From positions 24,366,001 to 24,430,000 of the forward strand of contig CM060734.1 in the NCBI GenBank assembly GCA_030704615.1: 64,000 bases of DNA. The letters are read 5' to 3'. The position numbers and the translations under genes are program-made. Shown here piece by piece: positions 12,361 to 24,700 of the stretch. Source of the stretch: Takakia lepidozioides. Lineage: Eukaryota > Plantae > Bryophyta. Numbering within the stretch: the first letter of the stretch is position 1; each line of letters begins with the position of its first letter. The notes beneath the pieces were generated by a model. The model searched no databases and had not been told where the DNA came from. It worked only from the letters and a program-made list of their open reading frames with translations.

Positions 12361-12568
12361 CGGTTATCATCGTCAGTGACGTCAGTCAGCGTCAGGTCAC
12401 GTCAGGCTCCCGTCAACCTAACGCTGACGGGACCTCCGTCACGTCACGTTCCGGGAATATTATAGTAAAAAAACAACTGGGTAAAATATTGCCACTTAAG
12501 CAGCCACGTTGCCGACACGGTGGCGGTGGCAAACAAATTATAAAAAAGAAAAAAAGAAAAGAAACTCG

Positions 12569-13530
12569 ACCACAAATTTTGACGGTCACTTTATATTTCG
12601 AAATAAAACAAATAAGAGCGACCGTCATATTGGCGGTCGCTTTATTTTTATTTTTTAAACAAGAGACCGTCACATTAGCAGTCGCTTTAATTTAAAAATA
12701 AAATAAAACACGCGACCGCCACATTTGACGGTCACCTTATTTTAAAAATAATAAAAACAAACGACCGCCATATTGGCAGTCGCTTTATTTTTCAAATATA
12801 TTAAAAACAAGATACCGCCATACTGGCGGTCGCTTTATTTTAGAAATAAAATAAAACATGCGACAGCCACATTGGCGGTCGCCTTATTTTATAAATTAAA
12901 AAAACAAGTGATTGCCTTATTGGTAGTCACTTTATCTTAAAAATATATTAAAAACAAGCTATATAAGCGACATAAAAAATTAAAAGCGACCGCAATACCG
13001 ACGGTCGCTTTATATTGTAAAATAATAATAATAACGGCGACCGCCAGACTGGTGGTCGCTCAAATTTAAAAATATAAAAAATAAAAATGACCATCATACT
13101 GGCGGTCGCTGTATTTTAAAAATATTAAGAATTATGGCGGTCACTTATTTTTAAAATTATATATATATAACAAGCGACCGCCATATTTGCGGTCGCTTTA
13201 TTTAAAATATGTAAGAAAACAAGTGACCGCCATATTGGCGGTCGCGTTATTTAAAAAATATAAAAAACAAAAGAGTCATAAGATAATATAAGTGATCGCA
13301 ATCCCGCGGTTGCATTATATTTCGAAATAAAAAATAATTGGCGGTCGCTCTAATTTTTAAAAAAGAAGAATAAAAACGACCACCATATTGACGGTCGCTT
13401 GTAATTTAGAAAATGATTAAAATACAACCGACCGCAACAATCAAAGGAAATAAAAGCGACCGCAATATTGGCGGTCGTTTGTGTTTTGTAAATAAAAAAA
13501 TTACGACCGCAGTATTAACGGTCGCTTCAT
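12569..13530. repeat. Array of ~17 full (plus several half) 23-bp palindromes GCGACCGCCANATTGGCGGTCGC at ~49-bp period; CACTA-like subterminal repeat
   Basis: Copies visible at about 12618, 12663, 12711, 12761, 12811, 12859, 12908, 12985, 13037, 13088, 13174, 13223, 13376, 13456 and 13503, separated by T-run/A-run spacers. Confidence 0.9.
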
Positions 13531-13848
13531 TTTAAAATTATATCAAATATGGTTGTACCGCCTTTTTCGGGTGGGCGCTATTGGTCGGTCATTTTTTCAT
13601 TTCACTTTCATTTCACTTTCATCCTTCTTGGAGCATATATAAGAGACCACGGTCACCAAGCTCCTCACTTCTTTTGGCACAAACACTTGAGGTTGCGATG
13701 GATGTTCTCTTCCATTGAACGAGAGTGTAGCCCAAGAGGAGGGTGCGCACCCTTTGCCGTTGTGGCTTCCATCAAAGCCACTTCAGCAGATTATGTATAA
13801 GCTCAACACTACAAGGTGCATAACTTGGTTAGTGTAGAAGTGTTGGGC

Positions 13849-14406
13849 TGTCGCATTGCACTCTACATTCACAGGTTCATATATAGGTCACTGTTTCTTG
13901 TTGCTTACATCACTAAATGAGTGGATATTGGGTGAAGATGAGTGAGGAATCAAGAGTTATCTTCCCAAGCTCTTCAACACACAAGTGCTAAACTAACCCT
14001 TACACTCCGCACTCACAAGCATAAGGTCATCTTCTTGTAGTGATAATGAAAGTGAACACAATGGAAACACTTCACTCTTGAATCCACTCAATCACATAAA
14101 CTACGTCAAGCCAAAGGCACCCTTGCTAAGGGAATCCACCCTACAAAGCCCTCAACACACTCCCTCTCATTACCTAGAGCTATGGAGGTGAGAGAGGCTC
14201 ATGGAGGCTCAACTACAAAAAGATGAGCCATTCTCAACACTCACGAGGGAAAAACCCATCCCCATGTCCCAAATGAGGTTTGACATCTCACTTGGCATGT
14301 GAAACCAAATGAAGTCCCAACACACAAAATACAAATATAAATATCCAAAATGTTCTAGTTAACTAGAAGTAGGTAATTCTAGCTAACCATGACTAAAACC
14401 ACGACA
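13849..14406. mobile_element. Possible solo LTR
   Basis: Bounded by inverted TGTCG...CGACA termini, 558 bp, non-coding. No matching target-site duplication, so tentative. Confidence 0.35.
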
Positions 14407-14439
14407 AAGATATTAAGAGTATTCTCGTAAAATTTAGTG

Positions 14440-15024
14440 GGAAAGAATTTGCTGGGCATGGGCATTCCAAAACCCAGTGAATACTGGAGTCTTCCCATTC
14501 ACATTCAAGGAATCAAGCAATGAGGAGGATTTGGTTGACCTCACCAAAGCATTGTGGCCTTTTCTCTCGGGCATGATTGGAGCCCCGTCCGTGGTTGATT
14601 ATGTCAGCAAGAACTCCTACAAATCTTCCGGCCCACCGATAGATCGAAATCACGTCTACTGGTCTTGGTTTGGAAGATTTATTGATGCTTCTGTTTGGCA
14701 CCCACCGCAAAACAAACCCGATTATCTGGGTATGTAGTTTAACATTGCCCTATTTTGTTGTAGTCCATCAGTTTTACTTGAACCTCCATTTGTACTTTTA
14801 CATATGTTGATTTCACATGACTTTTATGAGATCAATGATATTTCAATGATCTTTGTATTTTCTTTAACAATTCCCTTTTGTGCTGCTTCCACACAGTTAT
14901 ATTCCAGTGTCAAGTTGAGAATCAAATTCAACAGGAGAAAAAAGAAGAACGGCAGCGGAAAGCTGAGTGGAGGGACCGCGAGGCTTTACGTTCGTCAAGG
15001 TCATCAAGTACAGCTACCAGTGAG
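14440..15024 (+). other. Two exon-like segments of an unidentified gene (Trp-rich domain)
   Basis: Open frame ...CWAWAFQNPVNTGVFPF...LTKALWPFL...HVYWSWFGRFIDASVWHPP...YLG ends at a GTATG donor (~14730). A second exon at ~14935-15024 (EKKEERQRKAEWRDREALRSS) is flanked by AG/GT. Confidence 0.35.
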
Positions 15025-16471
15025 GTGTCTGGTCATATCTTATATCAATCTCCGACTGTATCCATCTCCTTGGGTGCACGGAGTTCCGCCATCGGTGGTA
15101 ACCGACGACGATCTCACACATATGCCTTGAGTGTGAGCCGTTTGGGAAGCAACTCTGTATTATTGATGAATTAAACTATGGCCGGAATATTCATCACAAC
15201 CTTTATTTAACACTGTCAATGTTATGCCAGATCCTGTCGGCCTTAATGTTGGTCATCGAAGTTTGAGAGAAATCACGCGCAATCGCGCGTGGTTCTTTCA
15301 TATATCATCTTGTGGAGCTTACATGGATCAGCAGTGCCATCAAATGTTATCAAAACAAGATGACTTCATTGTCAGTGGAGGCAATAACAGATCAGGCTGG
15401 AGGAGTTCGTTGTGTACTCAATCCAGATCGAAGATGCTGTTAGGTGGTACGAAACGTAATGTCGAGACTTTTAAAATTATATCATAATATTTAAAGAGAA
15501 GGAATTTTACGATGTTTGCATATTACGATGGGGACCAAATGACACGATCATCGTCTATGACTGAATTCGGGTTCCTAACACGTAATTCAAGCACCCACGA
15601 TGGTTGTCTCATTTGTTCCTGGGCAGATTGTGAAGCTCTGTTAAAACCTCTCTTCAAATGGATTGAAGTAATTTTGGCGGCTTCGAACTTCCTTCCCTGA
15701 CGAACTGACAGCACCATCGTGGTTGATTGAAATCGGGATGCACTCCGCTCGTTGTGGTTTTCAATGGTGGTAGAGGCAGAGATCTGTCGCGCGATCACGC
15801 GTGGTCCGAAAATCGGACTTCATCAACGTCCTGGCTCTCTAGCCGACTGCCTCAGTGTTATATTACCTCAGCAGTGCCACTTGTCATTGGTCGGAGTGAT
15901 GTTTTTTTTATGCTCACGCAATCAACAACAAAAATGTTGTCATTTGAAGCTGTGAGGATTATGTAGGCATAGTGAGTTACTTCAGGTCAGTTACACCGAG
16001 GGAACTCAAGGTATTCGCATAATCCGTCCGGAATATTTCACACCATCATCTTGGATGATTCATTGATGTGTTTCATAACACGCACTCAAATCATCCGGGC
16101 TGATGGTGTCACTTGTTCCTTGGCGGATTGTTCAAATATCTTAAAATCTTAGTCTTTAAGTTGTTTGAAGTCATTCTCCATGCTTGCATAATCCGATCTC
16201 CAACAATTGACAACAACCTCGTGGTGTATTTTTTGGTTCCTATATCCTTCGTTTGGGGATTCACTATTCTTTTGAGGAACACCAACGATTAATATCGCGC
16301 GGTCACGCGTGTTCTTCTAAGAGCTGACCTGTTCTGATGTCCATCGTTGCACACCAAAATGGTGTTACGAGGAGGCAGAATGTTAGCAATTGAATGTCAA
16401 TCTCCAGCGTCATTCTCGTCGTTTTCATGTGGACGGGACGCCAAAAGAGGAACACCGTCGCAAACAATTTG

Positions 16472-16966
16472 TGCAAACAATCTCAACAATAATATGTACT
16501 TCAAGGTGTTTGATACTGCCTATGTTCATGTAGCTGATTTCTATAGGAGTCTTTTTGCTATTCCCATGCCAACAACATCAGGTCCACTAAGACTGTCATA
16601 TTCCGGATTCGGTATCAGGCACCACCTACATGAAACCATCAGCTAAGAATAAAATCTCCAGTTCATTCAATCCCAGCCCGGAGAAATATCTCAAGCTGCT
16701 GGCCAACTACTTGTGGGTTAGGGTATTTCTCTGGAGTCGCATACAATGAATCGAAGATCTAGTTTTCAGCTGACATGCAGCTGATGGTTTTATATTGGTC
16801 AATGATGGTGGGCCGTGGCTGATACGGGAGTCTGAATATGACAGTCTCTGGGGACCTGATACTATTCGCATGGGAATAGCAAAATGACTACTATACAATC
16901 TAGCTGCAGGAACAACAATAGCATCAAACACCTAGCAGTAAATATGATTGTTGACATTGGTTGTGA
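16472..16966. repeat. Long imperfect inverted repeat (arms ~16472-16692 and ~16720-16966)
   Basis: The left arm AGGTGTTTGAT...TTTTGCTATTCCCATGC...ATCAGGTCC...AGACTGTCATATTC...AAACCATCAGCT...GAGAAATA matches the reverse complement of the right arm. The two overlapping ORFs give near-identical peptides on opposite strands (FAIPM..SGP.RLSYS). Confidence 0.9.
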
Positions 16967-18523
16967 CAGCTCCAATCAGTTAGTTGGTGGTTATTCAGTT
17001 GGAGATTATTTAGTTGGAGAACAGTTTACGAGTGCTTTACAGTAAATCGTCAGGAATACCACAGCCCGTCGCAGATAAACCTCGACTGGTCACCCGACAC
17101 TATTTCCTTGAAGATTTCGTAGAAAACGTCACTTTCTCTATCAACGTACTCGCCACCGAGCCACTCTCCAGAAGCATACGAGCCGCATACTTACTCCCCA
17201 ATTGGATACTTTCAGCATCTTACTCCAGGGTCAGTTATTTGGACATTATGTTTTGAAGAGCATACGAGTAATTCATCATCTTCGCGGTTCACTCAAAGTC
17301 TGCAAGGCCACCAATTCTTGGAGAAGTACAGCTGAACTTCGGTTGCACAAGACATTGTTGGTTTACGTAATATTGGAGGATATTTGTTGTGGGGTCATCA
17401 CCATATCCACGATACCCGAGACAACATTTCAAGGACTTCTTCCATCTTCTGCTGACAAAAACCTTCGGAACAACGGAAGAATAGAGATTTGAAAATGGTC
17501 CCTCCAACCTTGTCAAATATCGTTTTTTTGGGAAATGACTTTCCTCAAAATATTTTCACCATAAGTACGTCGGCCGACATCATCTTGTGTTACCGGAGTT
17601 CATCCCTCCTTCTAGAAGTTGATATTCTCATTGACATGGTTTACGTTACTTGTATTGGTCCATGCCGCATGGCGAGACTTACTCAAATTGACATGGTTCT
17701 GAAATAAAACCTGGTTGTTTATCATCAATATCTCCTCATTGTCTTTCTTTTCATGTCATGGTATTGTGTCATTGTACCATGTTTTGTTCACATATTTGAT
17801 TGATTTGCCTTGTACGTTACATAAACGGCCTTCACAAGCTCAGTCGCGGTTACGAATATGACTAAGGCATAAGGTGCTCCAATCATCCATCAGGCCGCGG
17901 ATCATGAAGCGAGTTATCACCCGACACCCAGGAAGCAAAATATTTTGGTTCAACCTCAAAACATTGCGTGCATCATCCTGGATATCATCCATTTTGTCTT
18001 GTTTTTTTAATTTATTTTTTAATGTAAGGGAAACACCTGGGAGCGACAGCTCAAAAATCAGGCCCCTTAATAGTGAGAGGAGAAAAAAACCTCTTTCACA
18101 GTTGGTATGTGACACTACCCAGGAACATACCACACCCGTTAGTGGCAAGATTTGACCCCAGAATCATCTGGGTGGCAGTCAGTGCACTTCACTAACTGAG
18201 TTAATGACTATTGGTATCTCATTCAACTCTTACTAAACGTCGAGTGAACAGTGGAACTTGCTTTATGAGCCAAATAGAAATTGTTTTTTCTCCTGAAGTT
18301 TATACATAATGTTTCTTTATTGCTCATATTATATATTAATAGACAAATAATTATTTATATCTTTACATTTATATTTAAAATGATCCATTTAAATTCATTT
18401 AAATGATTTTAAAAAATACATATTCAGATATTTATCCTTATTTCTGGACCAAACTTTAGTCCAGATTTACTTAAAATTGTGTTTTGGTGACCGCCTAGCC
18501 CCTTTACAGATGGTCTCCTTCGT

Positions 18524-21267
18524 TTATAGTCTTTGTTTTTTCTTTTTCTTTTCACAGTCTTTAATCATGCCAGGAACTGGCAGGTCAACATATGTGCAAA
18601 ATCTAGTATAATGTTCCAGTGACCCACAAATGTAGCATGCAGCCCTTTTACCTTTGACCTCATACCTTGTGCCCGTGTGGGTGTGGCCTCGGTGGGACTC
18701 TGCAACTGAAGGCTTTCCAGATGGTGTGCGCCAAGAACTATCAGTTTGGAGGGCCTGGAGCTGACTATGCAGCTCCTGCTGTACCGTTTTTATCTCATCA
18801 AGCAAAGCAGGAGTTAACTGATCTACAGATCCACCTTTGGTCATAGTCACCCCACTTGTACCTTCAGCCACATGCATCATAGTCAAATGAGCTACTATAG
18901 ACCCAGCAGTGCCTTGTTTGGCAATCTTTAACCTCATTCTCTCGTCCATCATCTCAACCATATGTCTCTCATCACGGTAAGGATGTTTATGAAGAAAAAC
19001 CTGATCAGAAGCAGGCAACCAGGGATGAAGTAGGTCTTAAGAACAACACTTCGTTCAGAGGGTATGGGTATAGCCTTACTTATATTGGTTTTGAGGTCAG
19101 TGTAATATTTCCAGATGCTCTCACCAGGTTTGTAAGGTCGGTCTGGCATAGTGTAGTTGATTGGTGTATCAGCCCTGAACAGTTTAAGTACCAACTATTT
19201 GGCCACTCCCCATCTGAGCTCACCCTGATTCTTAATACTAGCTTCAAACAGGTCATGGGCTCCGCCCTTAAGACAAAAACGGAAGGAATTGGTCACCATG
19301 ATAGCGGACAGCTCATTAAATCTCACACTCATCTCAAAGAAGTTGAGAAAATTCTCAATGTCTTGACCCACCTCATACTCTGGATATGGACACTTGTCCT
19401 ACACTTGTGAGAACGTTGAGGGTCCTTTGCATTGGCAACGGGCGCAGCTCCAATCTGTTTGTCTAAAAACAACTGTACCAAAGCAGGGCAACTTGACAGT
19501 GTGGTCATAGCATCACATGCAGATACCCTGGATATTAATGTTAGCTGGTTATCTAACGTGGTTGCATGAGTCCCTTGCGGAGGATTGGCAGGGTCTTCCC
19601 CCAGAGGCTCCTCTAGAGATAGAGTCTCGGACATGGGTTCAGGAAGAATGGGAGCATCAGCCTTTACCTTATCAGCCGGTTCTTCCTCTTCCAAAAATCA
19701 TCAAGGATCTTCCAAGACTCACGAGTTCTAGTACTCACGGGCATTTTGAGTTTACAAAGCAGCAACAGTTCTCACCTTCCTTTCTGACTTGGCATGGGTT
19801 GCAGTTCGTCCTCCCAGTCAGTAATACGATAGGAGCTCACGAACTTGTGTTTATGAAGCATGTGCACTGATTCTCCCAAAAAGTGCCAATATAGCTCATC
19901 GTCAATCTTCAGCCAAAATGACACTCGTACCACTGATCGAATGATCTTTTCCTTGGCCAACAAGGTATGCACTGGGTAATTAGTGACCACGGCGTTGCGA
20001 AGACTGAAGGCCACCCTTTCAGCACAAAAATCAGCACCAGGAAAGATGAGGATATCATTCTCGATATGCGGAAAGCGAGAGACAGAAATGCCCGCTACAT
20101 GATTCTCCCATGACAAGTCGACATTGTGCTCAGGCTTCTAGAGAGGATGTAGATTAGCCAAAACAAGAGAGCTCCCGCCTCGGACAAACTCCCATAGCCT
20201 GACTGGACTAGGTCTCTGGTAAGAAGTTGCCAAGTTCAACAGTGATTTCGCCAGCAACTGTGAATTGCAGCACCCCCAACTCGGGCCAACTCAAGGTCTC
20301 ACCATCAAGTAGGCGCTCCTTAGCTACCGAAAGAAGAAGCTTGCGATCAATTTTTGCAGCGTCGTGGAGACGTTGGAGGATCTTTGCCGCTCTTGCACCT
20401 TGCAGTGCCTCAATGACTTTGCAGCGTTGCTCGGCAGCCTCCTTTTTGTTACGCGTGGGCTTGAGCTCAAACTTGCCAACCCAATGATCTGAGGGCGTGT
20501 CTAAAATGAGCTCAGATCGCTCAAATGGTTCACCAAAGGGAGGATAGTCCACCTCCACGATTAGCTTGGGATCCACTGAATCACGTAGCACTCAAGCAAA
20601 AACTGCTTCAAAGTTATCCACAGGTGTCTCCTTGTACGCGTTGAGTTCAGCTTCAATAGGAGAACGCGATGATGACGCCATTGCTGCAAATCTCAAAAAC
20701 ACAATGAAGCATGAAGACACAACAAAGCATGACAGCAGCTAGAGGCAAGCACAAACATACACTGGAAGGCGCCACCATTGTCACGCCGTCAGCCTACTTT
20801 TACCTGACGTACCAACAGAGAATGTCTAGGTGATGATTGACGATATCTTGCAACCCGTCTCCACCAAGATTCTGGCGTCCACCATAAATTCTCATCCTCA
20901 GTGGTGGCAGCGCTTAAAGGGGTGTGTAGCTACGGTAGAGCGAGCATGCTTAGGATGAGGGATCTTACTCTAGAGCACTGCAGATCCTTGGGGATGATTC
21001 CCTAGACTTAATCACACGCCGTACACTGAGACACTTTCATCCACACAGATACACAGAGATGAACATCCCAAAAACCAGCACACCAGGTCTCAAGTCCATC
21101 TTGATTAAAGAGTCTCTCTATCCTTATCAGCCTGGCCAGGTGGCCGTCACTCATAGGTTCTTCATATCGTCATCCAGATGTCATGACAAATAGGCCACCA
21201 ACAAGGCTTTTGCTTAATATAATACTAGCGGTTAATATAAGACAAGTTTACAGGCTCATCACTGACA
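18524..21267 (-). mobile_element. 3'-truncated Ty3/Gypsy-type LTR retrotransposon (5' LTR, PBS, extra upstream coding region, gag; no pol)
   Basis: LTR-like TGTCA (20779)...TGACA (21267, alternative end 21188) and a PBS-like TGGTGGCGCC immediately inside on the minus strand (20777-20768). Broken frames from ~20682 to 18524 end in a gag capsid-like region and a CYICGSLEHYTRFC zinc knuckle. Confidence 0.75.
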
Positions 21268-21655
21268 CATCCGTTGTAATAGTCACCTTCATCCCACCAA
21301 AGTCATAGCATTCATTGATGGGGAATAAAGATATGGAATACCAAATGCCCGACAATTCTACTATCATCTACAACCCTCGACAAATCATCTACAACCCCCG
21401 ACAAATCAACCACTAGTGGTTATAGATGATTTGTTGAGGGTTGATTTTGTGGGCAAACGGTATGCATAGGGGTACCAAATGCCCATGTCTTCATCCCACT
21501 TGTTCAACAAATATTCTCTAATAGATTCTTAGATCCTTTAAAATTATGTTTAGATGCTTTTTGATTTGTCGGGCATTTGGTACACGAAGGAATGCCGTAT
21601 GACCACGTCCCTCGACAAATCAACCTACTTGTTCACGCCACTTGTTGACAACATG

Positions 21656-21790
21656 GGCGTCAACAACGTAGGTGACGCCATTAAGGTTAGTGGCGCCACT
21701 AAGGCACCCGGCGCCAACAAGGCTCGTGGCGCCACTAAGGCACCCGACGCCAACAAGGTTGATGGCGCCAACAACGTTGGTGGCACCAAG
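21656..21790. repeat. 18-bp minisatellite (~8 units, GGCGCCA(A/C)(C/T)AAG core)
   Basis: Units translate as hexapeptides GVNNVG-DAIKVS-GATKAP-GANKAR-GATKAP-DANKVD-GANNVG. It lies among short inverted repeats at 21336-21630. Confidence 0.8.
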
Positions 21791-24700
21791 TTGTTGGCAC
21801 AACTTAGTTCAAATTGGCACAACCTAATTTTTGATTAATAAGTATATATACGTACGTACATATATGTAGAGGTATGCATGTCATTTGGATCATTCAAATA
21901 TGATGAGACATTCTCTTTAAGAATGTTGGATTATAACGTTATAATTTGATGATATTTAAAGAATGTAATTTGATCTAATATTTTGTGTGGACGTATAGTC
22001 TAGTTTATTCGTATTACTTGGAATTTTTACTTTATCAGATATGCAATAAAATATTCTGAATTAAAAAATCACAAAGATGTCAGAGATCGTAAATCTATTC
22101 TATAACAGCTTATTAAATGCAGATAAAATATCACAATTCAGTGTTTACTCTTACATGTGCTTTCAATTATTATATTGGTCATTTATGTGTACAGATTCTC
22201 ATAAGTGGAATATTTTCATTGTCCTGCAATAAGTTATATTTAATTAAAAAATCACATGGATGTGAGAGACCGGATTTAAGAAAATTAACAATTTTATTTT
22301 AAAATGCAGATAAGATTTCATGATCTAATAGTAATATTCATTCTTACATGCACTTGCTATTATTATATATATCATTTATGTGTATCACATGAATTCAAGA
22401 AGATTATGAGTAACCTATGCATAGGATCGGCGATTTATAGATGATGTAAAGATATATAATGCTTACAGTTCTGTACTTAAATAAATAATGAACTAACTTA
22501 TTTCAAAGGATATGTCACTTATAAAATGTTTATAATAAAGTTCCCCATGGCTACAATCCCCCTGATTATTATTATTATTTTTAAAATGAAATATTATATT
22601 CGTAAAACTTGGGATGTTTTGTCGCCAATGGGCTCGCACGTGCACATTGAAGACGCTATTATCTTAAAATGAGAGGCTTATTATACATACAACACAATAG
22701 TTTCAGTTAAGAATCACATGGATGTGATAGACCAAATATAAAATATTATATAACATCATTCATAAATACATATAAGACTTAACAATTCAATTTTATTTTT
22801 ACAATGTACATGTACCCCCCAATATTATGTAGGTCTCATATAACCAATAAGACCTTATATATAGCTCTTATGGCATAGGTTGTCAGATTTGCAGACGTTG
22901 TATACATGTATATTAATATATTTATGTACTTATACATACAATTATCACGAACAGAAATATTGCCACTTGTAAATATTGATAATCTTTCTTAAATAAGTAT
23001 ATATACTTTTGTGCACATACGTACATGTTATGTTTATCATTTGAATAATCCAAATATGATGAGACATTATCTTTAAGATATCCCCAATCCAAAAAAACCC
23101 CAGGGTAGACAGGCCAATGACCGTTCATCTAACAATGGCGGAAGATCTAACGGTGAATTTTTGTCGTTTATACCCCGGATAAAATTGATAAGGTGCCCCA
23201 CATCCGGGGCATCCCAACACACTTGGAAGTGCGTGATTTCATGAAGTCCATGCAAAGTTGTGGGGTTTAAAAGTTGAACCAATCCGAATGCTTGTGTGAA
23301 CCTTGAGCCCTATTACCAATCATTTTTGGGGGATTCTATCAAACAACTATTTGCCAAAAATGAGCGGTCTTGGGCCTAGCAATGGTAGCTCATGCGGCCT
23401 GACCCAACCAGTAATGAGGTGATCTGTCATAGGCAATATAATGGTCATAGGCCAGTTTACCTTAATTCCCAAAAATCTTCGTCATTGAATGTGCACGGGG
23501 GTACTGCATATTTACTTTCACAAAGACAAATCTATGAAGTTTTTGAAGGGCTTGGATGAAAGGATATCAACCATCCATCTTGAGAATTATTGAAAATAAT
23601 ATTTTGTCGATACTCTTACGAAGATATCATGTTGATGGGATGTTTTGGCACCCTTCCATCCTCAGCAATAAAGATCACCAGCATTGGAGACTGCATGTTC
23701 GTCTGGGTTTCCACTTCCTTCACGTATGCGTACTTGAGCTCTGTAACATTGTAGTGTGAAAAGGAAGGGCATGAATCCCTTCTGTAAAAATCTAAATCTG
23801 GTTCGTAGTGCAAAGAAGCTTGCTGCCCCAGCCCACTACACCCTAGTGAAGACAAGTTTGCTACCCTAAATCACTATCCTCAATCATTGACCCTTTTACT
23901 GTTCATGACCAGAGACCAGATGCCCTCATCCATGCTGCAGCGGAAGAGAAAACATGGATAGGACTGGGAAGTTTCTCCATTTTTATCTCTCAGCTTACAA
24001 CTGAGTTATCCCTTCGTTCTTCCTTTTTCTGTGCAGCTCTCCAGATTTCTTTTCTCACCCTTGCATGACCAAATATTCCCTGGGTATCATGTAGAACACT
24101 GCACCCTTCCTACATACTATGCAATTACACCAAGGCAACACATCCAGTAGGACCAGATACAAAATTTGTGATTTGATATCTCAAGGATGCCCCACATTCC
24201 CTATTTGGTCATTCTCTCTTCCCAAACAAGGCCCTCCATTCTGATTGCTTTCAGAGACAATTCAGGTCTGTCAGTCAGTGATAAAGAGCCCTTTATCTGT
24301 ATCTACATTCTACCCCATCCTTATCTTTTGCATTCAGCTTTGAACCAACAGAGTTCCCAAACTAAATCCCTCATTCTGGGATCAAACTTCAGGTTTCAGC
24401 TTCAGTAAGGCAGCTACACTAAACAACTTAAGATAAGTTTCCACTTCATCCCTCTAATGTATGCATGCCACATAAATTCAGAATACCCTAGTTCTCCAAT
24501 GAAACACCATCACCCTCATCTTTCTATTGTTAAAAAGGCAGCTAACCCTACTGGTTTGTGCTTTACTGTGCTCAAAATTGCATGTACATTTGACATCAAC
24601 CTTCAATGCAACATTGGGTCCAGATTCATGCTACTGGAAACAGATGATCTGAAGCAAAAGAAACATCATACACTCAGTGACTATGGTGGGACTGCATCTG

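Noticed and set aside
12569-13530. CRISPR array
   Set aside because: Eukaryotic context and no cas genes. Spacers are low-complexity, mutually similar A/T runs, and the repeats are degenerate in a TE-like way.
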